64,000 nucleotides of DNA, taken from positions 1 to 64,000 of IMG/VR virus record IMGVR_UViG_3300021519_000006, one strand, 5' to 3'. Made by a program: the position numbers and the translations under genes. This stretch comes from a virus. Positions 40,657-49,733 of the stretch are shown in pieces; the stretch's first letter is position 1, and every line of letters begins with the position of its first letter. The notes beneath the pieces are model-generated. The model did no database searches. It was not told the DNA's origin and saw only the letters and a list, made by a program, of their open reading frames with translations.

Positions 40657-43631
40657 TTGTCTAGTGGCTTGCCAGTGTTTTCGCCAAGATCAAGAACACC
40701 TTCACGAGGCTCAGCAGTTTCCTTAATAGGCTTTGCTGCAAATTGTCCACGTGTTGGAACTCTAAGGTTCTTGTCTTCTTCACGAGATACTTCGCCGTGT
40801 GGAATATCTACAGCTTTGTCGGGGTTTGAATCGAAACGAACAGCAAGACCTGTTTCATCAGAACCAATTACGTGTCCCCCACCATGTTCTGGGTGAGTTA
40901 TGCGAGTACCAGCTGCGTACATAGGAGTTTTTCCTGAAGTGCGAGAACGAGTTCCTCCTGAAGCTAATGCCGTTATGTCATCATCTTTTACTGTTTTAGC
41001 GAGTGAAGATTCTTTTTCAGTTAACTTATCGTTTTTCTTTACAACTTTACGAGGAGTTTGTGTTGGTGCGGGCGCAGAAGCTAAAGCTGCCATAGCCTGT
41101 TGGCGAGTAAACTGTTGGCTTACTTGCGAAGTCGGGGTACCCAGTGTGCGAACAACTGCTGTATCCATAGCAGGAACAAAACTTTCACTTTCATCGTTAA
41201 CTTTACCTGAGAACGGATTCTTACGTCCACCTTTTATGCTAACTCCGGATTCGTCTCCTGCATGTAATATAGGAAGTCCACGAAGATTTCTAACGGTAGT
41301 AGACTTTCCAGTTCCGCCTTCTGCAGTTGGCTTATCTACCGTGTCTAAAGACACGCGAGCAGATTCTGAAGTTCCGGGAACAATTGCTCCTTTAAAACTA
41401 AGAAATTTCTTTTGTTTCTGTTTTTCAGTAAGTGGTGTTTTCTGCTTACCAGTAAGCGCGGGAGTGGAAGGAAAAGCTGCGCCTGGAGCTTGTGCAGGGG
41501 TAGGCTCAACTGGATCTGTGGATAGCCGTGTAATAGTGCCTTTCGTTGGCTTACCGCGGTGAACTTTAGATGCACCTGTAGGGTTAGCAAGTGTCTTAGC
41601 AATTTCTGCATGCTTAGCACGAGATAATGCTGAATCACTTTGAGTAGGGGTTGCGGCACCAATTGTTGCAGCATTTTCTACTTCTCCTGTAGCCCAAGCT
41701 GCTCTTGCACGGCCAGTTGCTTGGTTTTGTGCAGAAGCTATTACGTTTGCACCTGTAGGCGCCCCACTACGGCTGCGTTTGTTTCGAGTATCAAGACCGT
41801 AAGTTTCTGTCTCCCCAGCAATAGCATTTTGTTTATCTGCTTCAGCACGGTTTGCCAAACGATCTTTTGTAGCCATCTTAGGGCTAATACGCTTGTACTT
41901 GTTAATGTGCTCTACTACGGTGTCAGCTGCATGCACGATGTCTTTTGGAAGTTTGTTCTCAGTCCATACGTGGCGGGTGGTTCCGTCTTCAGCTCTGCGC
42001 TGTGTTCTAGTCCAACCTTCAAATCCACTTAGTGGACGAGTTTCACCAGCTGTGTAGTCTGATCCGGGAGCATTAGAAGTTACAAGTTCTCCAGAACCCT
42101 TAGGCAATTCATTTGTGCTGCGCTTAAAAGTATGACCAATAGGTACTGGACGTTCTTCGTTAACGCCGTTAACTTTGTTTCCTGTTTCAAATGTATCGGT
42201 TGCACCAATGCCACCATTTTCATGGCTAAATGTATATTCTTTGCCTGAGCCAATACGTCCCTCTTCAAAACGCTTCTTCCCCATAACAAGGTCATGTACA
42301 CCTAGAAGGCCTTCGCCCTTAAGGTTTTTAGCTGCGTTTTCTTTTACTCCGCCGTGAACAATCACGCGAGCACGGGTACGTGCCTCGGACATATGACCTT
42401 CAGACTTAAACTTAGGGTCATTAAGATCAGTACCGGCTAAGTTAGCTTCTTTAGCTAATACGTCTGGATGTTCGTATTCAAAATCACTTGCGTCTGGGGC
42501 GTTGTCAAAACGCTTTTGAGCATTTGCAGCAGCACGGTATGCTTTTCCGGCAGGACGGTTAGTTCCTTCAGAAACCATGTTTTGTCCAGTAATGTTGTGA
42601 GGTCCTGGGTTAGGTCCTCGTTGCGCACGAGTTGCAGCCGCAGCCTCTACTTCAGAACGATCTGCGGGCTTTCCTTGCCAGTCTGTATTTGATTTTACAA
42701 ACTTACGGTTTTGTCCACCTTCTTTTGCATCTGCAGCAACAGTTAACCCTGCACGAACTTCGCTATCTTCATCTTCTGATAAATGGGTTACTTTTCCACG
42801 CTTACCGCGAGTACCCATCTTATCGGCTTTACTATCCCAAACATATTGTGTAGAAGGTTTAGGCACATTAGGTGCAACCTTTTCAGAACGTGCGCCCTTT
42901 TCGGCCTTAGTCTTTATAGCATCAATTCTTCCAGCTGTAGATGTCTCTCTATCTGTAGCCTCAGCAAGTTGCCCACGAACACTGGCAATTTGTTTATCAT
43001 CTACTGTAAGTCCACCCTTTCCAGCTCTCTTTAACTTCTTGCCACTTTTTATTTTGCTGGCTTTATCGGCCTCAGCTGTAGCTAATGCAAGTGATAGGTC
43101 TGAAGATGAGAAGGGTTTACGTTCAGATTCTTCTTTAGTTTTAGGACCCATAAATTGAGGTCCTTTTACGCGCCGGTCTATTTCAGACAAAGGCTCTGTG
43201 TTTTGCCCGTACTTTTTTTGATTATCTTTTTTTCTTGCAGCGTAAGCATTTAATACTTTATCTTTATCTGGTTCAGCTGGATATTTTGGAGTAGGGCCAG
43301 CTGCTTTGCGAGCTTTTTCTGCAGCAAGCTCTTGATCTGATACGTGAAATTCATCTACTCTAGATCCTGCGGGTGCTGGACGTCCACCGTATGTAGGTGT
43401 AGGTGCAGGAGGAGGAGTTGTATCTACACGCGGTGCTGCGTTCATTAATATAGGCTTACCTTTAACCGGCTTTGCTTGTGCAGGTTTTTCTTTTGGCCCA
43501 ATAAATGGTTCCGGTTGTTTCTTTACACGCAGTAACTTTGGTTTTGTTTTTAAATCATTATGCGCAGTGGCAACAGCGCGGTCAACATCTTCTTGACCAA
43601 AATCATTTACGTAATCTTTAATTGTAGCCAT
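40653..43631 (-). CDS. Large low-complexity basic protein (992 aa)
   Basis: K/A/T/G/P-rich with no Cys; C-terminal RITHPEHGGGHV...VRFD resembles an SH3/Tudor-like barrel. Confidence 0.75.
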   Translation of the reverse strand: MATIKDYVNDFGQEDVDRAVATAHNDLKTKPKLLRVKKQPEPFIGPKEKPAQAKPVKGKPILMNAAPRVDTTPPPAPTPTYGGRPAPAGSRVDEFHVSDQELAAEKARKAAGPTPKYPAEPDKDKVLNAYAARKKDNQKKYGQNTEPLSEIDRRVKGPQFMGPKTKEESERKPFSSSDLSLALATAEADKASKIKSGKKLKRAGKGGLTVDDKQIASVRGQLAEATDRETSTAGRIDAIKTKAEKGARSEKVAPNVPKPSTQYVWDSKADKMGTRGKRGKVTHLSEDEDSEVRAGLTVAADAKEGGQNRKFVKSNTDWQGKPADRSEVEAAAATRAQRGPNPGPHNITGQNMVSEGTNRPAGKAYRAAANAQKRFDNAPDASDFEYEHPDVLAKEANLAGTDLNDPKFKSEGHMSEARTRARVIVHGGVKENAAKNLKGEGLLGVHDLVMGKKRFEEGRIGSGKEYTFSHENGGIGATDTFETGNKVNGVNEERPVPIGHTFKRSTNELPKGSGELVTSNAPGSDYTAGETRPLSGFEGWTRTQRRAEDGTTRHVWTENKLPKDIVHAADTVVEHINKYKRISPKMATKDRLANRAEADKQNAIAGETETYGLDTRNKRSRSGAPTGANVIASAQNQATGRARAAWATGEVENAATIGAATPTQSDSALSRAKHAEIAKTLANPTGASKVHRGKPTKGTITRLSTDPVEPTPAQAPGAAFPSTPALTGKQKTPLTEKQKQKKFLSFKGAIVPGTSESARVSLDTVDKPTAEGGTGKSTTVRNLRGLPILHAGDESGVSIKGGRKNPFSGKVNDESESFVPAMDTAVVRTLGTPTSQVSQQFTRQQAMAALASAPAPTQTPRKVVKKNDKLTEKESSLAKTVKDDDITALASGGTRSRTSGKTPMYAAGTRITHPEHGGGHVIGSDETGLAVRFDSNPDKAVDIPHGEVSREEDKNLRVPTRGQFAAKPIKETAEPREGVLDLGENTGKPLDK

Positions 43632-44320
43632 TATGAATTTCCTCCATTATTACCGGGTGGCGTTACTTTTAAACGTCGTCCGCTTGCTCCGAATTGTTTT
43701 AAATAAGATTCTTGATTTCCACCTGAGGCTACGTGTGAACCGAAGTCTGCTGTCATTTTTGGGCTGATGCCTAGTTCAGGACCGTTCTCTCCGCCAGTTG
43801 CGTGATCAAAATTAATATGTCCACCTTTAATAGCCGCTACCGTCGCAGCAATAGTTCCTCCACGGCCGCCCCCACCGCCACGGTTTTTTCCACCGGTTGT
43901 GCGTTTTTTATCTGGATTAGACGCATGCGCAGTGTTACCAAGCTTTTGAAAAGTTGCGCTTGATTGTCCTACGCGTACGCCAGAAAGAACTTTAGAAATT
44001 GGTAGTCCGTGATTAGGGTTTGCAATAGGCGCACCTGTTTTAGGATCGGTAGCTTTTTCAGTAACGTTTCCTTGATCATCCATTTTGTCGCCAACTTGAT
44101 AGGTAGCCATAAACTCTGCGTGCTTCTTTGCGTGCTTTACTTCGTTACCTGCTTTTTGATCAGCAGTCCACACTTGTGCTTTAGATTGCATTTCAAGATT
44201 ATTAAGTCGTTCGACGTTAGCACGACGACCTGCAAATAGGGCGAGAACCGGATTTAAGGCTCGACCGCCACTTAAATTAGAATTGGCTTGTGGAATATTC
44301 CAATTTTGTACGCCTGGCAT
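43631..44320 (-). CDS. Gly/Asn-rich hypothetical protein
   Basis: TAATG-coupled to the 992 aa gene. Confidence 0.7.
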   Translation of the reverse strand: MPGVQNWNIPQANSNLSGGRALNPVLALFAGRRANVERLNNLEMQSKAQVWTADQKAGNEVKHAKKHAEFMATYQVGDKMDDQGNVTEKATDPKTGAPIANPNHGLPISKVLSGVRVGQSSATFQKLGNTAHASNPDKKRTTGGKNRGGGGGRGGTIAATVAAIKGGHINFDHATGGENGPELGISPKMTADFGSHVASGGNQESYLKQFGASGRRLKVTPPGNNGGNS

Positions 44321-44336
44321 TTATATATCCGTTCTT

Positions 44337-44522
44337 CTAATCTTGCGATATGTCCAAAAGTTTAGCAACCGCCCCACGTTCTGTAAGGGCTTGAGCGTTT
44401 TTATTGTAGTGATGGTGACAAAAGGCCAATTCCCCAGTTTTAAGGAGGACAACCGCATATGCTCTAGCAGAGCACTGGTCACATTGAACCCGTCCCGCCG
44501 CCGTCTCCAGAGCCTGCTCCAT
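44337..44522 (-). CDS. Small Zn-finger protein of a type common in Actinobacteria
   Basis: CDQCSARAY...GELAFCHHH; start placed at MEQALE. Confidence 0.7.
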   Translation of the reverse strand: MEQALETAAGRVQCDQCSARAYAVVLLKTGELAFCHHHYNKNAQALTERGAVAKLLDISQD

Positions 44523-44775
44523 CTGAACCGTTTCCAGTACCACTGTAGTCTCCTTCGCCGTAATTGTTTTGAGCTGTTTGGTTAGAGTTATTATCGTCAT
44601 GATCATGGTCACCATCACCATATCCAATACCGGGGTATCCATTGGATCCGCCAAAACCTATGCCGTAATAGTAGGCATACCAGGGAAGACCCGTAACTGG
44701 GTGGCGTTTGTGTCGGTCGGCAGTTCTGTAGCCATCAACATTTGTAAAATCAAATTCTTGATGTTCTTTGGCCAT
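44479..44775 (-). CDS. Gly/Tyr-rich hypothetical protein
   Basis: GAGG RBS; 98 aa. Confidence 0.6.
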   Translation of the reverse strand: MAKEHQEFDFTNVDGYRTADRHKRHPVTGLPWYAYYYGIGFGGSNGYPGIGYGDGDHDHDDNNSNQTAQNNYGEGDYSGTGNGSDGAGSGDGGGTGSM

Positions 44776-44875
44776 ACGGCAATCCTCTCACTATTGTGTT
44801 CCATATAAATGCCAAAACCCCCTGCCACGTATTCGCCGTAGAAACAGGGGGCCTTGCGCTATTTAGTTGTAAGAC

Positions 44876-45637
44876 TTAGTAGTCGTATACGTTTAGGTAG
44901 CGAACGTGGATGTTAGTTCCTTCGTCCTTAATAGAGCCTGGTGCGTTCCAGAAACGTTGTAGAGTGATTACGTTTTCTGAGTCTGGTCCTTGCCATACGT
45001 TTCCAGCTGCATAATCATCAAGATTAAGTTCATCTGCTGTTTCAAACTCAATCCAGCTGTCATTTCCGTCAGCGTTTACCTGTGTAATTGTGATTAGGTC
45101 TCCAAAGTCATAAAGGTTGTTGTCAACCCAGACCTTGTCTCCAGCCTTAAGTCCTACAAGAGCTGCATCGTTATCCCAATAATCACTATCACTAGCCCAG
45201 ACACGAACAGTTTTTCCTGTTGACTCAATGTAGTTAATATCAATGTTGTGGCCGATTGCAAACAGGTCAAGGTTTAACTTGTCAAGTTCGTAACTTGCTT
45301 CACCAAGAGTCTTACCAATTAAGTTAGGAACTACTTGCTCTAGCTCTGGATCTTCGTCGCCAGCATAGTTAGGAATATAAGCTGGGAAGTTTGAATAACC
45401 AAGAGTTGCAATTGTGTGGCTATCTGCTGGTGCTTTAACTTCTAGGTTATTAAGTTCTAGATTGTAATCTGCTGTACGAAGAGTATCGCTTGTATACTTC
45501 CATGCGGCGCTCCAACCTACATCTTGAACCTGAGGGATCGAGATGTATTGATCTGTACGGTCGTCATCAGGCTGCATAGGCATGTTACCCCAGACGAAGT
45601 CAACTTGGACATTGTCCAGGTCATCTCTATGTGTCAT
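44876..45637 (-). CDS. PASTA-like domain protein, paralog 3
   Basis: VDFVWGNMPMQPDDDR leader; VVPNLIGKTLGEA...QRFWNAPGS. Confidence 0.75.
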   Translation of the reverse strand: MTHRDDLDNVQVDFVWGNMPMQPDDDRTDQYISIPQVQDVGWSAAWKYTSDTLRTADYNLELNNLEVKAPADSHTIATLGYSNFPAYIPNYAGDEDPELEQVVPNLIGKTLGEASYELDKLNLDLFAIGHNIDINYIESTGKTVRVWASDSDYWDNDAALVGLKAGDKVWVDNNLYDFGDLITITQVNADGNDSWIEFETADELNLDDYAAGNVWQGPDSENVITLQRFWNAPGSIKDEGTNIHVRYLNVYDY

Positions 45638-45686
45638 TATGTTTCCTATCTATAGATTGGTTAAGACCCTTACGTCTAAGGGAATA

Positions 45687-46421
45687 TTATGGGGCTGTGT
45701 AAGCGTACTTAACAAGTGCTACAGAAGAACCTGTATCAACAGTTGTTCCTGCTGCAACTGATTGAGTCTTAATCTTGCCATCGTTAATGGCTGTTGCGCC
45801 AGCAGCGTTATCTGCTGTGGTTACTGCGCCTTTAACAAGGTGAGCGTTAGTCAACGCTACTCCAGCTGCTGTTTCTGTTAGACCAACAACATTAGGTACT
45901 TCTGGTGCGTTATATGTAACAATGCTCATAGCTACTGGCGATGCAATTGCTCCCGCAACAGGAGATTGAGTCTTAATAAGACCATCATTAGCTACAGTTG
46001 CGCCTACGTAAGTAGATGTAGATCCACTATCTATAAAGCCAGCGGCAGTTATGATTGGGCCAGCAGCTGAATATGTTAATCCAACTATATTAGGAACAAC
46101 AAATTCTAAACCAGTGTCCCCATCACCAGCATAGTCAGGCAAGAATGCTGGGTAGTTTGAATAACCTGTTGTAGCAATATCATGGTTATCCCATGTAAAA
46201 GTCTGTTGACGAGAGCCGCCACCATCACCGGTAGAGAAAGTAAGAACATCCCAACCTGTTGCTAAGTTTTCGCTACCTACTGCTGGAAAGTTAGTCCAGT
46301 TACCATCTGTGGTTTGTGAGTACTCATTATAAGTATCACGTTGTTGATCTGGCTGTAATGGGAATTGTCCCCACACAAAGTCAACTCGTGGGTTTCCTAG
46401 ATCATCTACTGGATAAGTCAT
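45687..46421 (-). CDS. Double PASTA domain protein, paralog 2
   Basis: VVPNIVGLT...IKTQSPVAG and VPNVVGLT...IKTQSVAAGTTVDTGSSV. Confidence 0.85.
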   Translation of the reverse strand: MTYPVDDLGNPRVDFVWGQFPLQPDQQRDTYNEYSQTTDGNWTNFPAVGSENLATGWDVLTFSTGDGGGSRQQTFTWDNHDIATTGYSNYPAFLPDYAGDGDTGLEFVVPNIVGLTYSAAGPIITAAGFIDSGSTSTYVGATVANDGLIKTQSPVAGAIASPVAMSIVTYNAPEVPNVVGLTETAAGVALTNAHLVKGAVTTADNAAGATAINDGKIKTQSVAAGTTVDTGSSVALVKYAYTAP

Positions 46422-46578
46422 TATCGAGTTCCTCCAACACTTGGGGTTCCTACATATTTAAGTTCGTGCTTAGTTCCACAATCCTCGCAAGGATTGAAGA
46501 AATCTTTAGTTGGGCCAACGCCTGGCTTTTCCAGAAATGTGCCGCAACCGCATTTAATTTCAACTTGAAGAGTCATAA

Positions 46579-47187
46579 TTAGTACCACCAATCTGCAGTG
46601 TTGTTCTTGCTAGGGTCGTTTGTAAAAGCTACAACAGCGTGGTTGTACCAGTCGGGAGACTCTGCTGCGCAAATCTCTACTTCGCTTCCAGGGTTTGCTA
46701 CATAAGTAATAGTTTCGTGAAGGTCTTTACCTGTGTAAACTGTTCCTGTTTCCCAGTCAATCCAAACAATTACACCTGCAGGGATGTAATCCCAGAAGAT
46801 AATTCCGCTAGACGGATCTCTGTCGCCGTAATCTCCGATAGTGCCCCAGTCGTACTCATTTTCTCCGCCAAGGAATGTTGCATCCTTAAGAAGGGTTTCG
46901 GGAATTCCTACTGTGCGAAGGTACTCAATGTAATCCCAAACGTTTCCATCTTTAGTCTTTAAGTTGCTCCAACAGAATGTGTAGGAAGGCACAATGTATG
47001 ACATGCCACCATCTAGGGTTTTACCCTCTTCGTTTGCTTCAGATGGAAAACCATCCCATGCCACACCATTAATTGCGTGAATTCCTTTAGATCCTAATAC
47101 TATATCGCCACGGTCGTCATTAGGTTGCATGGGTACATTGCCCCACTCAAAAGCTATTCTTTGGTTACCGGAGTCATCGACTGCCAT
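46579..47187 (-). CDS. Paralog 1 of the same family
   Basis: DDSGNQRIAFEWGNVPMQPNDDR leader. Confidence 0.7.
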   Translation of the reverse strand: MAVDDSGNQRIAFEWGNVPMQPNDDRGDIVLGSKGIHAINGVAWDGFPSEANEEGKTLDGGMSYIVPSYTFCWSNLKTKDGNVWDYIEYLRTVGIPETLLKDATFLGGENEYDWGTIGDYGDRDPSSGIIFWDYIPAGVIVWIDWETGTVYTGKDLHETITYVANPGSEVEICAAESPDWYNHAVVAFTNDPSKNNTADWWY

Positions 47188-47229
47188 TGCACACACCTTT
47201 CAGGAAGATGTTACAAATGATGACAGAAA

Positions 47230-47796
47230 TTAAGCCTCTTGTACGTATGTATGGATTTCTCCACCTGAATAGATGTCGTGCTTGACAGCGACCTCGATTG
47301 CACGCCTCAAAGCTTTTTCGGCGGCCTCGGGTGTATTTATTTTTGAGAAGTTCAGGGCTTCTAGTGCTCCCAGTGCAATGTCTCCTCCACTACCAGCGTA
47401 GTAGACGTTACGTGCTTCTCTATCCCAAGAGTAGTCATTAAAGATTGGGTAGATCACTCCGCGGACAGAGACAAGTAAATTGCTGTCGTGGAAAGCTGCA
47501 TCGCCATCTTCCTTACCTTCAAAGCCGGAATCCTGAAAAACTTTACGTAGAGAGGGAATAAACTTCTTAGTCATGAATACATCTAACTCTTCAGTTGCAC
47601 GAGGCTTAGGAGGAGTCCAACCAAACTGTGCAATGTTTCCACCTCTAGAAGCGCCGGAGACAGCTATCAGTACACCATTGTTATTTACGATCTTATGAGT
47701 TGCAAGATCCATATAACGTCCGTCTTCATCTGATGCACGAGAGTCGCATCCTATGACGGACCACCCATTTCCTTGGATTGCGGCAAGCGTTGTCAT
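47230..47796 (-). CDS. Ntn-hydrolase, proteasome beta / HslV-like Thr peptidase
   Basis: N-terminal MTT, DSR, HKI, AGSGG, DIYSGG motifs. Confidence 0.88.
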   Translation of the reverse strand: MTTLAAIQGNGWSVIGCDSRASDEDGRYMDLATHKIVNNNGVLIAVSGASRGGNIAQFGWTPPKPRATEELDVFMTKKFIPSLRKVFQDSGFEGKEDGDAAFHDSNLLVSVRGVIYPIFNDYSWDREARNVYYAGSGGDIALGALEALNFSKINTPEAAEKALRRAIEVAVKHDIYSGGEIHTYVQEA

Positions 47797-47829
47797 GTAC
47801 TCCCTCTCGTAGGTGTTAAGCGTAACAGA

Positions 47830-48279
47830 TTAACGTTGATGTAAAGCTTGACGGAACTCTCCGTCTTTGGTTCTAGGTAGTTCATCAGCTGCCTTGCTAG
47901 CTAACTCGTAGTAGCCCCAATCATCTAATCCAGATAATTTTAGGTACTTCCCTGTGGAGTCAGTTGCTTTTAGATCTTTCCACATTGCATATGGGACATC
48001 TGGATATACACACCAGGTAAAGTCCCAGAAAATGATTACCAATGTCTGAGTCTTAGCGTTGTAGCCTAGCTTTCTAGCTCTAGGACGATTCAAATTAGTA
48101 GTTGCTGCATCGATATCCTCGTACTCAGAGCCAAAATCCTCTGAATAAGCAGTTTTCCCGTCCTTTGGACCAAATTCATCATAAGAATTAGCTGATCTAC
48201 CGGCTTTAAAGGCTGCTAACTCCTCTGAATCGGCATTCTGAGACCAAATTCCGCCGTTATTGCTGTTGATGTCCGCCAT
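47830..48279 (-). CDS. KTSC-domain protein
   Basis: LGYNAKTQTLVIIF...YPDVP...W..LKATDSTGKY. Confidence 0.8.
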   Translation of the reverse strand: MADINSNNGGIWSQNADSEELAAFKAGRSANSYDEFGPKDGKTAYSEDFGSEYEDIDAATTNLNRPRARKLGYNAKTQTLVIIFWDFTWCVYPDVPYAMWKDLKATDSTGKYLKLSGLDDWGYYELASKAADELPRTKDGEFRQALHQR

Positions 48280-48589
48280 TTGGTCAGTTTAGAGCCTGGC
48301 TACTGCCCTGTATCGCTCAATACCCCCCGATTTTTGGTGATGAGGTGATGAGGTGACGACCCAAAAGGTACATTTGATCCGGCAACAACAATTTCCCGAC
48401 CAAATTTTCCCGAACTCTCATCATAGTTTGGCCACTGTAAAGCTATATATAGGTCCAACTATCAGTCTCACCTGCCGAATTCCTGTGTTTCCTGTGTTCT
48501 AAGGGTGGGGGGTGTCGTTTTGATTTGTCTAAGGTTGTAATCGCAAAGAGCGAGCAAGAATTAGAAAGAGATTCTTTCCTCTTACGGTC

Positions 48590-48634
48590 GCTGACGCTGG
48601 CGCGCTCGCTGTAGTTCGATTCTACAGGTCAGCA
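48590..48634 (+). ncRNA. Truncated tRNA-like element (acceptor-like stem plus T arm)
   Basis: GCTGAC/GTCAGC stacked on CTGTAG-TTCGATT-CTACAG; no anticodon arm and no CCA. Confidence 0.55.
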
Positions 48635-48687
48635 CGCCGTAAGGCTAGGGGCAGGATAGTCCTGTCCCTATGTTCAAAGGATACTAA

Positions 48688-49191
48688 ATGTCTACATTGA
48701 CACTAAGTATGAAGGAACAACTCGCGCCAGTAGTGGCTATCGAGTTGGCAGTTCTCAACGAGGGTGCTACAGCCTTCGGGATAGGCAAGGCGAAGGGTAT
48801 CTTCAAGACCTACGCTGATGCGACCTTTTATGATGTGTATGACCACATCACAAAGCAATCAGCCTCAACAGCAACCGCTGTTCTGTCTGGTCTCATCTCA
48901 GCACGCTACAACGTGCCTATCTCGTTCCTCGTACCTATGCAAGACGACCTTGCCGAGGTATGGAGCACGTTCGACGCCACAACAGGCGACACCGAAGTTA
49001 TGTTCGGTCGTCTGGTAGCACTCAAGGCTCGTCTCAAGGACGAGCGTGAGACAGCAGAAGCATCTGCTATTGCAGATGGTTCACTAGCGTCATCAAAGAC
49101 CGTGACGCTAGTCAAGTCCCTTGGTAATCTCAAGACCAAGGGTGTTACATTCACCGAAGAGGAAAAGGCTGCGATTATCGCTGCCTTGTAA
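48688..49191 (+). CDS. First gene of the plus-strand arm, helical hypothetical protein
   Basis: AAAGGA RBS; 167 aa; codon choice like highly expressed genes. Confidence 0.85.
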   Translation: MSTLTLSMKEQLAPVVAIELAVLNEGATAFGIGKAKGIFKTYADATFYDVYDHITKQSASTATAVLSGLISARYNVPISFLVPMQDDLAEVWSTFDATTGDTEVMFGRLVALKARLKDERETAEASAIADGSLASSKTVTLVKSLGNLKTKGVTFTEEEKAAIIAAL

Positions 49192-49194
49192 TCG

Positions 49195-49458
49195 GTAATG
49201 GGTAGTGGCGGGGGCTCTATGTCCCCGCCTCTATCTATGTCCATAGACATCTGTGGGCATAGATAGGGAGCAACTATCCCTATGGTAAGGGGAATCCGAA
49301 TCAACTCGGTACGCAGGTGTATGGAAGTGAGGAGATGGTCAAACATCTCGCAGTAAAACTCCAACTGTTACACCGCCCCCGTAAGAGAAAGAATCTCGTG
49401 TCTTCTGTCGAAGAGACCCTAGTCAGCCCTTCAGCTAGTACTGGCTAGGGTCTCTTTT
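49195..49458 (+). ncRNA. Candidate structured RNA ending in a terminator hairpin
   Basis: Multiple stems whose deviations are G-U on the plus strand; closing GTAATGG/CTGTTAC. Confidence 0.6.
49411..49458 (+). terminator. Intrinsic terminator
   Basis: AAGAGACCCTAGTCAG/CTGGCTAGGGTCTCTT then TT. Confidence 0.7.
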
Positions 49459-49594
49459 CACATCCAAGCATAACTCTCATCATAGATAGATAACTCTCAT
49501 CATAGTTAGTTAGGCTACTACAAATCTCACAAGTTGAGACACCGAGAGTACAAGCAGGTCTGGGCTAGGGTGGGACTGCTGTTAGCAGATAGTC

Positions 49595-49718
49595 GGTGGA
49601 AGATACATAGTGGGGAGAATACTCCTGTAGTTACTAGATACCACCATGGGCTCTATGCCTGTAAATGGGTGGCAAGTATGGAATACCACTATGTATCTCT
49701 CACTCTCTATCTGAGAGT
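49595..49718 (+). ncRNA. Stem-clamped RNA cassette A
   Basis: GGTGGAAGATACATAGTGG (49595-49613) pairs with CCACTATGTATCTCTCACT (49686-49704). Confidence 0.7.
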
Positions 49719-49733
49719 AGAAGGAGGACTGAT

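Larger units (their letters stand above)
48337..49507. repeat. CTCATCA-core repeats around the strand switch
   Basis: AACTCTCATCATAG at 48413, 49472 and 49492; inverted core TGATGAG twice in GGTGATGAGGTGATGAGGTGACGA at 48337-48359. Confidence 0.85.

Noticed and set aside
48590-48640. Canonical tRNA gene
   Set aside because: Only 45 nt, with no anticodon arm, D stem or CCA; kept as a tRNA-like element.
48906-49364. 152 aa minus-strand ORF
   Set aside because: Antisense to a well-supported gene and a structured RNA; no RBS or motif.
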